From the NCBI RefSeq assembly GCF_009914755.1, contig NC_060931.1: a stretch of DNA of 64,000 nt; one strand, given 5' to 3'. Made by a program: the position numbers and the translations under genes. Positions 13,562 through 27,059 of this stretch are shown piece after piece. Below the pieces are notes generated by a model. That model saw only the letters and a program-made list of their open reading frames with translations. It had not been told where the DNA came from and ran no database searches. Numbering within the stretch: position 1 is the first letter of the stretch; each line of letters starts with the position of its first letter. Source of the stretch: the human T2T-CHM13v2.0 reference genome, Homo sapiens.

Positions 13562-13944
13562 TGTTAAATGAAACTTAAGTTGGCCTGAGGATGCCTCCAC
13601 ACTTGATTCCTTACATAAAGAACTGCAACCTAAGTTAGTACATAAACTAAATGAAAGCCTAACTTAGGAGAGTACTTTTGTAACACACAACTGAGTCTCA
13701 TCCAATCACTGCAGCTGAGCTTCAGTCAGTCTTAGGTGGCTGACTCCTCAGACCATATTCAAACAAAGCAAATGCCAAGCTGTAACTAATTGAGCTGTCT
13801 CTGTACCTCACTTACATTTTTTGTCCATAAATGCCACCAGACTACATTGCAGGCTGATGTTGTCTGAACCTGTTCTGGTTTTGAGGCTCATTCTTGTTCA
13901 GTTAAACTATTACATTTAATTTGTCTCAAGTTTTTCTTTTAACA
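13562..13944 (+). mobile_element. Solo ERV1 LTR (MER57-like)
   Basis: Inverted termini TGTTAA...TTAACA, 4-bp TSD TACC (13558-13561 / 13945-13948), internal CCAAT motif. Confidence 0.85.
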
Positions 13945-14423
13945 TACCTAATGGATTTAATTATATATTGGGTTTTAAAACTTCCTAGGTTTTAAACTGG
14001 TGAGTTTAAGAGATCAGATATTTCTCTTTTGAGAACCTATAATAAAAATAAAATACGTCGGTAAAGGTTTTAGAGAATATTTAAATGCGTAAGTAGGCAC
14101 AGCAGTTCTAGGGACAATAGCCTGTTATAAACATAGACTTGAATGACCCAGAGCAGTTTTAGAATAGTGGGAGCTTTGCCTCAGTAGAGATGTCTTTCTG
14201 ATTCGCTGATGGAGGTAGGCGGTGATCCACAATCTAGAAGCATCCAATTAGGAGAGTGATGTGGATCTTCAGTCAACAGCCCTTCTGTCCATGCCTCATG
14301 CCCCAAACTTGAGGTGGAATAGCTCGTCCTATGTTTTCATACACTTTAGGCTGATTGCTTATTTATATTTACCACTCCCAAACTTCCTCTGATGTATATT
14401 TTAATCTGATCTTACTTGAATAA

Positions 14424-14926
<503 letters not shown>

Positions 14927-15029
14927 AAGTTTCCTATTCTTGTAAATGTTGTGTAGTTGAATCTTTCCTATCAGCACAGCTGCAAAACTAGGCTCTCATT
15001 TACCTGATATATTATTACTCAGCACTCCT

Positions 15030-15505
15030 CAGTTGCACATTATTGAAATATCTAATGCATTTAAGCAAAATGAGGAATCTGTTATGAGGATACTGGGATG
15101 TCTTATGAATGAGATTAGGGCCTATAGAACATCTGGAACCAAAGACTCAAATCACCATCGAGACTTTCTCTTGGATTCTCATTTCTTCTCTGAGTCTATT
15201 TCATTATCCCCTCTTACTACTATCTAGATTTTTAGACTTCTCTATCTATTTGTCAAAACCTCCTGAGTTTACATATCCTCAATTCTGGCTATCCTGTGAA
15301 AAACTGCCTTAGCTTTCTCAGTTTCAAAGTACCAGGGGATGACTCTGATTGGCCCAGTCTAGATAAGGTGCCCCATCTGAACCAAATCATCTGTGGCCAG
15401 GGGTGGTCCACATTGTATTACCATAGAAGATCCTATATAACCCTCTGAGAAGTGCTGGGGGTGGGTGGCACTACTGGGAAGACAATACAAAAGGTGTCCA
15501 ATACA
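15030..15505 (-). mobile_element. Old MaLR LTR relic (MLT1J/K-like)
   Basis: ctctgattggcccagtctag...aaccaaatcatctgtggccagggg...aaaggtgtccaataca is typical of antisense MLT1. Confidence 0.5.
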
Positions 15506-17142
15506 GCTAGAGAGACAGAGCAGGTCAGGTAGAATCTGGCCTCATCTCTCCCTGACTCCAATTCCTTGTGCTGAGAAAAACTATTTCCTTAGCTGGTGAA
15601 AACCTAAGTTCTGACCTGCAATCAGAGGGTGACTTAACCATTCTCTGTCACTGCAGGTATTTCTCTGTGTCTCTCTGAAGATGCTGTGGAGGTCTCTATT
15701 CTAGCCTGGTGATACCAGGAAACAGTGTTTTCAGCTGTGCCATCTGGATCTTTGTTTTTGCAAGCAGGTGTTCTTGTGCGATACTTTTGTGGCTCATATG
15801 GGGTTTTGATGGTAAAAAAAAAATACCAAAACAAAACAAATTCTAGATCTTCCTTCCCCAGGGGCAGCTGAGGGCACAATTCCCAGCTATTTCTCCATAT
15901 ATCCATCAAAAGCAGTGCCAACTTTGAGAGCTTATAAGATTCCTGGTCTCCCCTGGCAGGTGAAAGCCTTGGCTCAGGTGTTTCTCCCTGGCATTTGGAG
16001 GTGCTCCTGTTTCCAGCGTTATGCTCACACCAGATATGAAGCACTGCTCAGAGAATTCCAGGACCAGATGGTTTGGTCCCTAAATGGTCCTAACTCTTTT
16101 CAATTTGGGCTTCTTTCCTAAACATTTTACACCCTTTATTTTGCTGTGATGATACTGGCTTGCCTTATTTCTTCCTGCTGAGTTTACCAAGGTGGGGTAA
16201 GTTCTATGACCTGAAGTAGAATGGTTTTTTGAGCAAGAAAGTTAATTTTTTTATGAAGTTGGCAGATTTGCCAGTCTCTGCCTGATAGTTGGGTAGTCTT
16301 CCTTGGAGACACAATCCCAAATTTCTTTTCTTTATATAATGACCTGTACAGATCAGTAAGGAGTGTTTATTTTAGAGATAGTAAAAATAAGACCCTTGTG
16401 TATAATTCCAAATACAAGTATCTATTATTTTGGTAATTAGTGTGTCATTGCTGTCAATTTTTTTTAAACAGCATTTACACTAAATTAGTAGTAGTGATAA
16501 TGGGACATTTAAGTTCACTCATACAAGCATATCTGTCTACAATAAAATATTTGCTTTCAGTGACAGAAAGTATTTTAAAAGTGTTCATTAGAACAATTTG
16601 ATAACTGTGTATCCATTATTAATAACTTGAGACAGGGAATTACATGTTATATGACTCATGTGACCAATAAGGAAGCTACCATTTCCATAATTATAAAGAA
16701 TTTATACCACATTTATTAGACTATTCTGTATCATTTGACCCATTTATGGCTCATTCTGAAAGGGTAAGATTTAAAAATTTATAAAGTTTTTTGAATGAAA
16801 AATCTGGCAGGTAATTTCTCCCTTACATTGCTAGCAGTGGGTGCCCACCATCTAAGAGACTGGGGCCATTTTGTTCCACGCCTCCCTCCTCTAACTCCAT
16901 ACTAGCAAAGAACATTTGGGATGCTCTGAGGTATGTTGACCCCTCTCCCTCAGGAGTGAGTTTGAGCAGAGGAAACACATCCCCTCTCTGGGGAGCCTTC
17001 TGATGGGTAAACTGTGACAAGAGTTGAAGTGGAAGAGGGTGATGTGGGTTGGCCACATTCTGTAACAAAATTAAGCCATGGGGTGAAGGGCAACTATTCA
17101 GTGTCCACGTGTTCTTTGTTCACAGGCCCAGTCAAGGTTTCT

Positions 17143-17397
17143 TTTTCTGGGGGGCGGGGGGTGGGGAGGCGGAGTCTCACTCTGTTGCCTGGGCTGGAGT
17201 GCAGTGGCACGATCTCGGCTCACTCAACCTCTGCCTCCCGGGTTCAAGGGATTCTCCTGCCTCAGCCTCCTGAGTAGCTGGGACTACAGGTGCCCACCAT
17301 GCCTGCTACATTTTGTATTTTTAGTGAAGATGGGGTTGGCCAGGCTGGTCTCAAACTCCTGACCTCAAGCAATCCACGTGATTACAGGCACAAGCCT
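17143..17397 (-). mobile_element. Alu with several internal deletions and a G-run-converted tail
   Basis: 12-bp TSD gtcaaggtttct (17131-17142 / 17398-17409); Alu body recognisable. Confidence 0.93.
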
Positions 17398-17531
17398 GTC
17401 AAGGTTTCTGAAGAACCCATTTAAAGAAAAAGTTGAGCAAATGCTCAACTCAGTAAGCTCCCAGTGAATGTTAATTACTGGTGGCACTAGCGCTGCTGCT
17501 ATTATTCTTCCAATCTTCCAGAGTTAATGAC

Positions 17532-17532
<1 letters not shown>

Positions 17533-17563
<31 letters not shown>

Positions 17564-17566
17564 TGG
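17533..17566. repeat. (TG)n microsatellite
   Basis: Direct inspection. Confidence 0.95.
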
Positions 17567-19407
17567 GTGGAGAGAAGAGGAGGTGAGACTCAGGCTTGAA
17601 AGGGTGGAGAGCATAATTTCAAAGGTTGGTAGAAGATGAACCTTTATATTCTAGGTTTTCTTCCTGGCACAGAAGAGAGAACCAGGCCTATTGAATGATT
17701 CTTGGCCTGTTATTCTTCCTCCCCAACCTCCGCCCAAAATCTCAAAAGTAGTTGAATTTGGAGCATCTTGAATTTGGAGATTCCCAAATTATTGTCACAC
17801 TTGAGAACCTGCGACAGCGTTGTTCTTACTACCGGATAAATGAGTGCCGAGAGACTCCAAGTCCAGTCCCACAGGATCCTATTGCATCACCCCCTGTCTT
17901 TGGACATGCCTGTGAACAGCAGTTGCTGAAACGATTTTGATGAAATGTGACATTTGCAGACTGTGGCCGCTGACCAAAGAATCTGAGCTATGGTATCCAA
18001 AATTTTACAGGCTACAAAATCGAAGCTGGCCAGCATTTATTGCTTGAACTGACAGCTTGAGCCAAGTTTCCTAAGCCTACAGGGCAGACTTCTTACTGCT
18101 GCTAATTTTACTATCAGCAAACAAAAGGGAAAGGGGAAACAGTATCAAATGCGGAAGGAGAGTATCTGTGAGCACGAGGTGAACACGGATAATTGGAAGA
18201 GGGCGACTTTCTGTGTTCTAAAACTAAAAAGGACTAAATTTGCACAGAAGTAAAACGGGAAAAGGTGTAATACAGAAAAAGCTATAAGCAGAGATCCTGT
18301 GCTGACTTCTCAGGACGGCAATGATTTATATATTAAGTCAGGCACCAGGGACATGTTAAAAACTCTACAGGGAAATTTCCCATATGATGGATAGAACTTT
18401 AATATTAATGGAGGATTCATCATGGTAATGTAAGTCATAGATCTAAATCTCCTTTCATCAATTGAATAGTTCCTTTCCAGCCTATTATACAGGTAGTACA
18501 GGTTTTAAATAGCATCATATAACAGGGCTGAAGTCTTTCTTTAGCTGCAGTTTCTGAAGTTCTGTTCACAGGAATAGTGACTGACTGAGTCATTTGTCTT
18601 TCACAATATTACCTGGGCCATCTGCATTTCTCCCCTTTACTTTTTATTAATATTTAGCACTCTTTAAAATATACTTAAGTTGTACTTTTTTCACAAATTA
18701 AAAAAAGCAGAATTCAATAAAAACTATTTCACACACATGAAGTGGATATGAAGGAAAAAATCGATTATTCATCTATTTGTTAAGGATTATCCGAAGAAGA
18801 AAAGTAATTCCTGCGTTGCTATTTGGTATAGCTGTCTAGTACACAATCACCAATTATATGCATTGCATTGTTCAGCATCTTACTCTGGGTTTTCTAGTCT
18901 TCTTGTAACAATGAAAGCCAAACAACATGGTAGCACATCCTCCCTAGGATCTTGTAAGGCAAGGACAACCTTTCTGGAATGAGAATATTCGCAATGTTGA
19001 AGTTAGCAATAATAAATAAGGCTTGGCTGCTACTTTTTTTTTCAAGAGGGACTCCAACATTCATTAATGGAGCATACAGTCATCTTTTCTTATCTTAGTC
19101 TAAAACATGCATGAAAATAAGTTCAGACTACAAATACAGACTTAAAAGTATATACACAGAAAAGCAGATCCTCAGTTCTATCAAAAAGCTGGGCTTTCCT
19201 TAAGCCTGGATATCACTGCATACTGTGCCCCTCTTTTCTAAATTCATAATGTGCACGGACTATCCTCCACTGCAGTTTTATGCCCATGGAGTAACCAGTG
19301 TTAACCTATGGCATGTATTCTGTGAGATGTGAAGGTTCTGAGAAGTCCTGCTGTGAAGAAAACTGTTTAATGTTGCAGAATCCAGCATTTTCTAAATTTT
19401 ATTTTGA

Positions 19408-19731
<324 letters not shown>

Positions 19732-22700
19732 TAAGATCTGTAAACAATTGGGAAATCTTGGCCTACTGGAGGTATTCATAAACTTGGCCTCTTCTTTTTT
19801 GTTTTCAGGGTTTGATTTTCATTGGAAACTTTGTGATGAACTCCTATTCATCCTTCGAGTCGTGATTCAGATGTTACTTCCTCTGTGAAGATTTCTCCAC
19901 TTGCCCTAGAATGGATGTGCAGTTTTTCCCTTTTGCCTCCTACTCCTTTAGCATTTTTTTGTGTGTGTGTGTCAGATCTATGTTAATGTTCAGATCATTA
20001 ACTAACTTATTTATTTTTATTTTCCCCTTCTGATCTATAATTGCCTTTATTTTAAGGAGTGTATTTTTATTGTCAGTGCCCTACAGAGTGGCTGGGTCAT
20101 TGTAAGAGCTCAACAAAGATCTGCCGAAGGAATGGATGAATAAGTAGAACCTGGGAGCTTAAGCAGAAAGATTATCTTTCTGGTGTGTTGATGTGTGATT
20201 AATGAATGAACCTTTTGAGTTAAGTACTTTCTCCATTATAGTGACTAATTTCCATAGAGTTGATTGGATTGAGATAGACTCTGTTGTGAAATGGTTAATC
20301 ATTTAGTCTGCCAAAAAAGCAAGATTGACTGTTACTCAGTCTGTTTTCCGCCTTGTATGAACATAGTACCTATTCATAATGGAGACCTTTTTGGTGTATA
20401 CTCACTACCAGTCTATAACTCAGAATTTCCTCTTTTTTTTTTTTACCTGCTAAGGGAAAATATTGAATTTATAGACCTCTTTACCTTTCATTAAAAAGCT
20501 GGCATTATAGATTTATGGAATTACAGATTTGACTATATTATGCTTTTAGCCTTTTAATTTATAATAGTTAATTTTTTTTCCTGATATATTCTAGGTTTCA
20601 GGCTTCAAATTTTATTGTGGGTTGGGCACATTTTTCTCACTTTTTTTCCTTCCTTCCTTCCGCTCTCCCCACTCCCTCCCTTCCTTCATTCATTTTAAAA
20701 AACCTTTTAAAAGATGTGCAAGAATGAAGATAATAATCTCCCTCTCTGGCTCTACTACACTTCAGTTCTATGCCCATGCATGACGAATGTTAACACTGTG
20801 GTATATGGCTTCAGGTATTTGGTTGGCATAGATTTGGGGAAATGTAAGGACTCAGGCCAAGATGCAGCTTGGCTAGAAGGCTACATTTATAACATCCTTT
20901 TCTACAGTTCTGTGTTCTCTTTTTGAAGATGGTTTATAAACTTATAACCTGGTAAGGATATTAAGAAGAATCCATGTGTCCAAGAAAATTAATTATGTTT
21001 CTGTCGTACAGACTAGGATGGCAAATTAGGTAGGGATAAGTCAACTCTTTCTGTAGGTTGTCAGAATGTAAAAAATAGGTAGCATATCTGATTAGAAGAG
21101 GAAGAGGGAAAAAAAGTTAAGCCAGAAAGGTTGTTAGCTTGGGGTCAGGAACACCCATTATTTCCTCCCCCACAGCAATGAAGTCTACCACTGCAGGGAA
21201 GTGACACTCCTGAGTACCCCTGGCACCATGGCAAGGCCTAAAACCAAAGCAAAATGGATGATAGTAGTTGGGGAGGCGAGGGAGGAGAGAAAGAGACCAT
21301 ATGAAGTAATGGGACAAGCACTTGATTTGGAAGTTAGGGAGTCTGCCTTCTAGTTTCTAGCTTCTGGGTAACCTTGAGCAAGTTATTTAGCTTGTAGTTT
21401 CTTCCTGCAAAAAATCTGTGGATTGTGGGATAATCTTTAAGGGCTCTCTACCTCCAAAAGTCTGTGTGTTGGTGATGTGAGATAAAGAGTTTGAGAGAGC
21501 TGGAGAAAAGAGATGTGTGGATAGGATTGGTAAAGATCATCCAACTCAGGTGCCCCTGAACTTGTCAGTTCAAAATGGCTAAATTGACAGGCAATTGCCC
21601 CTGAATTGCTCAGGGGCAATTCCTGCTTCCTCAAATCCAGGAGACAATTGACTAGCTCTAGAAGTTTCTGTTCATTAGCTGGGGTGGAGCTGAGAATCTG
21701 GCTAATAGAGAAAGGAATTGTTATATATAACCCCTGCCAGGAAGCCAATAGATCACAGGCAGTAGATAGAGTCCTTCTTAACCAGTTAAGTCTCGCACCT
21801 GCAGGTTCACCCCGGGAAACCATGCATGGAAATGGGGATTGTATCCTGGAACTTTTATCTTTAGATGGGCTAATTTTGACTGAGCACAAATTCCTTGGCT
21901 AAGGACCAAGTGTTCCTGGGAGCCAATCCTCTGTAGCAGGGTTTAGCTTTAAGGCTATTTGAAAGCCAAAACAAAGAGAATGAGTTTCACATTCTCAAGC
22001 AACTGCTCTGATGCCTGAATTCTAAAAGGTGTTCCAGAAACAGAGCTCACAGACTCTAACCCTTGACCATCAGAGTTCTCCCTGTAGCCCCTTTCAGGGT
22101 AAGTGTGGGGACAGTCAGTTGTGGAATGTTAGATGAGCAGAAAACTTTCCAGGGCTGTAGGTTGTTAGTTGATTCCCCAGAAAGCAGTTCTGTGAAGCTA
22201 TTCTTATTTTTACATATGGCATATCTGAAAAAGGGATTATTTGGTGATTGCAACATTTTTTGTTTTATGTGCCTCTGCAGGCAAGATATGTTTTGTCTTC
22301 CATCAAGTCTTTAAAAAATATTTATCCTGGCATCTTCCCATTTTTCTTTCCACATGGAAACTCTCATATTTTTAAGACTAGTTGTGAAGTCATTCCTGGG
22401 TATGCACATTATATGGAGCTCTTAGAAAAACTTTGAAGGACAATGAATATAAAACGATAGTTTTTTTTATTAATATGTACCAGACATTACAAGCCATTCT
22501 TTTGTTGGGCTCTTCTCGATTAGCAAGCTGTAACAAAGTGTGGCAATTATGCTTTTTCTAGGGGGACAGCATATTGAAAACTATGGAAGATAAGAAAAAC
22601 ATGAGAATTTGAAAAAATGTTCTCATGATAGCATCATGAAAGCAATGTTATCTTATAGTTAAATAAAGCATGAACAATAATTTTGGGTTAGGTATGTTCT

Positions 22701-23973
22701 TCAATTATGCATTTGATTTTGGTAATAAAAGACGAATGCTTTTCAATAACGTTTGGAATTTAAATATACTGTTTCTTTTTCCCACTCTTCATGAGAGCAC
22801 TTACCAATGCAAAAGTTACCTCTAGCCCATTCTTGTCCATTAAAAATTAAATGCTTTTACAGTAAATTATTAAAAGTGCTAGGTTGGCTGCAAATCATCA
22901 AAGGTACCATAAACCATTATGCAAGCAAGCGAGAAGTCTGATTAAATCTAAGGGATCAGAAGGCATATACATCCCTTGATATCCATCGCAAATTTGAAAC
23001 TTACAAAAGCTACCATAAAATGCTACATTAAATTACTTTAAAAACTCTTCCAGGATTTTCACAATTCAACAGTGACTTGCCTTTTCAATTAAGTATGAAC
23101 TAGGAACCTTCTACCACAAAGCACAGACACACCACTATTTAGAAGTTATTTCCACTTTCTCTAAACCTGCAGCAAAATTAAACCCATTTTTCCAACTAAT
23201 ATAGCTCGCTTAATGGAACTGGGGCACTCTAACAGGTTTGCTGAAAAGCTAGTAATTAATGAAGTTCTTGTTTTCCTGCAAAATATCTTTACTATCATTT
23301 GGTTATGAAAACAAAGATATGATGGGTCCTGAATATTGCAACACCATTATGAAAATGTTAGAAGTATTTAACTAAGAGATGTTTGAAGAAAAGAAAAGAT
23401 AATTCATTGTTTTGCTTCAAAGAGACAATGTACACCAAATGTAAAATACCTAGCATAGTGCCTGGCCCATAGTAGTCACTCAATAAATGGAGACTTTTAT
23501 TGTTGTTAACTCAATTTTTCATTTGAAAAACTCAGGTTCCACCAAGACTAACTTGTCTAGTGCTACCTGGATGGTGTGAGCCCCAGGGTGGTTGATTCTG
23601 AAGCCAGCAGCCCTAAGCATTACTGGCCTTCTTAGAATATGACTGTGCAGTTGACCTATTAGCTACTCATGTATGTGTAAAATGGCCTATTGAAACAAGA
23701 TATAGGAGAAAGAAAAGTATAATCATGGAGGTAACATTTAGTCAAGTTGCAAAAATTGTGGAGAAGAGGAACAGCAATTGAAGCAAACATTTACAGTTGG
23801 GTTCTAGAGCAGGGTCTGCTCCCAAGTCTCCCACCCATTGTTTACATCTACCAAGTGGGGTGAGGATGAATAATTCTGTAGTATATCTGGGATTGGTTTG
23901 GGTGGCTAATGAACCTGAATGAATAAATGAAAAGCAAACATTTGTGGGTTAAGTGTCAGATGACTTCATCTGT

Positions 23974-24160
23974 CAGCAATTCTCAGACTTTAGTATGTAT
24001 CAGAATTACCTGGAATACCTATTAAAACACAGCTGCAGGTGGTGACCCTAGCATTTCTGCTTCAGTAGGTCTGGAGTGGGATTCAAAAATTTGCACTGCT
24101 AACTAGCTGACGGGTGAGGCCAGTGTTGCTGGTCCAGGGACCCCACTTTGAGAACCATTG
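23974..24160. mobile_element. MER5A-like hAT-Charlie MITE
   Basis: Terminal inverted repeats cagcaattctcagactt...actttgagaaccattg and internal ttcagtaggtctggagtggg. Confidence 0.8.
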
Positions 24161-25533
24161 ATTTAGGTTATCTAATTAATGCCACAACCCTGTGATGTAG
24201 GTGTTATTAGCCCCATTTTATAGATGAGAAAATGGATGAGTGGTAAGCTTGGGAAATTTTTCAGAGTGATGGTTTAGACCCTGGTTACAGAGAAGCTGAG
24301 AAATTGCCTTCAAAGAATTTCTGAATTTCTCCAATGGGTGACAGAAATGTAAGACTACAGCTGTTCATCTCTACTTCCCACTACCCTCCAGAAAGATGAA
24401 TGTTGTCAGAATGAGACAAAAACTTGTTGGTATGTACCCAGCATGGCACGGTTCCAGAAACAATGAAAATGGAAACAATTCTTTCAGAGATCCTTGAGCA
24501 CTTTAGATGGGAGAAGCTGAGGCATGGAATGGTTAAATGACTTCTTTGATTTTATATAGTGTATGAGAGGCAGCATTAGGATATCAGATGTCCTGAAATT
24601 CAATGAAATTTTAATTACAGGAGGAAAAATTTAGAGCTTCTGTTTGCCATCTTGATTGCCATCTGCCATGCCTGCTATCAAAAAAGCCAGATAATGAAGT
24701 GGAATAGATACCAAATCAGGAATCAGAATTTATTTATTTATCCTATATTTATCGAGTATCTTCCACATGCTAGGCACTGTTCTTGGTGCTGGGGAAAAAG
24801 TGGTAAACAAGATAGACAAAATTCTTGTTTTTGTACCCTAAAGGCAGTGAGACAATCAATGAATATGTTAGACAAACAAACAAACAAAAACAAAACCCAG
24901 TAAATGTAAGAGAATGATAAATACTATGAAGAAAATTAACATCAGATAATGTTATAGAAGATGATCACAGATTCAGAAACTTAAAAACACAGGTATAATG
25001 GTTTACTAAAGATGCAAAGAAGAACTGAGGGAGATTCACCACTAGCCAGAGGCTGGATCTGTCACATCCCAGTTCTTAGCATTTTGATTTTCTGGGTTCT
25101 ATTTTAGCCATGACTATAACCCAAGATTTCCCCTCCAAACCTCTCCAGAAATTGTTTTGAGATCCTCAGGGGAGAAATGCTCTTGTATTCAGTCTTGTAA
25201 GCAAACTACAAAGAGATGATAATATACAGTTGGAAAGTTATGCAGGGATACATTTTGAAAACAGGTGAGATGATTGTATGTCACATGATGCATGTATATG
25301 TTTGATGAAAGATTCAGATATGGATTTTAAAGTCAAGGACAACAATCATAGTAATAATTGATTTAAGCAAGAATTACCAAAGGTTGGTCAAGCCAGCACA
25401 TGTGCACATCTCTTCCCGACTCTGAGTTGAGTGATAACATAGTGAAGTCAGCCACGGTGGGAGTATTTAAACCAGGAAGTTGGCAAAGATGACAATGCAG
25501 GCCTTTACAAATTACTATTCTTTTTTCCCAGAT

Positions 25534-26225
25534 TGAAACTGCCATTGCAAAGATTATAACTGAGGAAATTATGGCAGTGAAAGAGATCAGAGCTAATCGA
25601 CTCCATCTTGCTTCTGACATTTAAGCTATCCTTGCTCATTCCTGGACATAGGCTGAACTAACTTTGGGAAGGAATTCAGTTTATGGTTTGACTTTAAAAC
25701 AAAATTGATAATAGCCCTTTCCTGAAAAGACCCACTTCTTGCCTGGGCACCAGTCTGCCTTTGCAGGACTACCAAATTAGCTATAAGAATAGAAATTATG
25801 GTTTAGGGGGTATGCAACCTCTGACTGCAAGAGTCTGAACCTCCCCAAATTACTTCTGGGGGTAACATCATTATTGTAAAACCTAAGATCAGTTCTTGAG
25901 ATATTTTGCAGACCCTGCACTGGACGGATCACCTGACACTGGGAACACCCAGACCGTGGTAATCTGGCTCAACCAGTTCTGCCATCCCACCCTGGAATAG
26001 AAGACAGCAGCAAACCTCACTTCGACCCCCTATGATTCCATCTCCACCCTGACAAATCAGCACGCCCCACTTCCAAGCCCCTACCGTGATTTGAGTACTA
26101 ATAAAACTCCCATCTCCCACACAGCTGGCTCTGCATGAATTACTCTTTCCCCATTGCAATTCCCCCGTCTTGATAAATGGGCTTTGTCTAGGGAACAAGC
26201 AAGGCGAACCCATCGGGAGGTTACA
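25534..26225 (+). mobile_element. Solo ERV1 LTR (LTR8-like)
   Basis: TGAAACTGCCATTGCAAAGATTATAACTGAGG...GAACCCATCGGGAGGTTACA; AATAAA near 26100; near-TSD agat/agag. Confidence 0.85.
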
Positions 26226-26239
26226 AGAGTGCTGGTTGT

Positions 26240-26691
26240 TGTTGAGAAACCCCTCCATAGGTCTCTTGTGCTTTTACACGTCTTGCTGGGTATGCCAAAA
26301 ATGTGCCTTGGCTTCTCTTTACCTAGGTAATTTCTCAGGGTTTCATCTGTAGTGAACAACTTTGAAAGATGAGGTGATATCTCCCTCTGAGACAAAGAAC
26401 AGGCTTGCTTACTGTTTGCTATAAAAGTGGCAGATTTTTGAAGTTCAGTGTTTTTCTCCCATAACACAGCATGCTGCATATGCAGGCCTGCCATGTAGCC
26501 GTCATGGGACATAAAAGCAAAGGGAGCCAGTGTAAACATGCTGATGCTTATGATGCTTGCTATGCTGTGAGTAATAAAGTCTGTTGTCTCTGACCCCAGA
26601 GTCTTGTGTTTTCTGCCAGTATCCATGACACTGTAACAGGTTAACTTAGTAGCTTAAAAAAGTAGGGTAAAATAAAATTGCAGCCTTGACA
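26240..26691 (+). mobile_element. 5' LTR of an ERVL element (MER74/LTR53-like group)
   Basis: TG start, TATA-like ctataaaa at ~26419, AATAAA at ~26573, end gtagggtaaaa...cttgacA directly followed by internal-type gttttggtg. Confidence 0.65.
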
Positions 26692-26736
26692 GTTTTGGTG
26701 ATAAGGAAGGAATGCAGATGGGAACTTGGCTTTCTT

Positions 26737-27040
<304 letters not shown>

Positions 27041-27059
27041 CAAGGGACTTGGCTTTCTT

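Noticed and set aside
21437-21902. 150-aa and 98-aa overlapping ORFs
   Set aside because: No homology I recognise, non-ATG start and no splice context.
26081-26626. Longest ORF in the window (181 aa, - strand)
   Set aside because: It runs antisense across two different LTRs and has no recognisable domain; a chance ORF.
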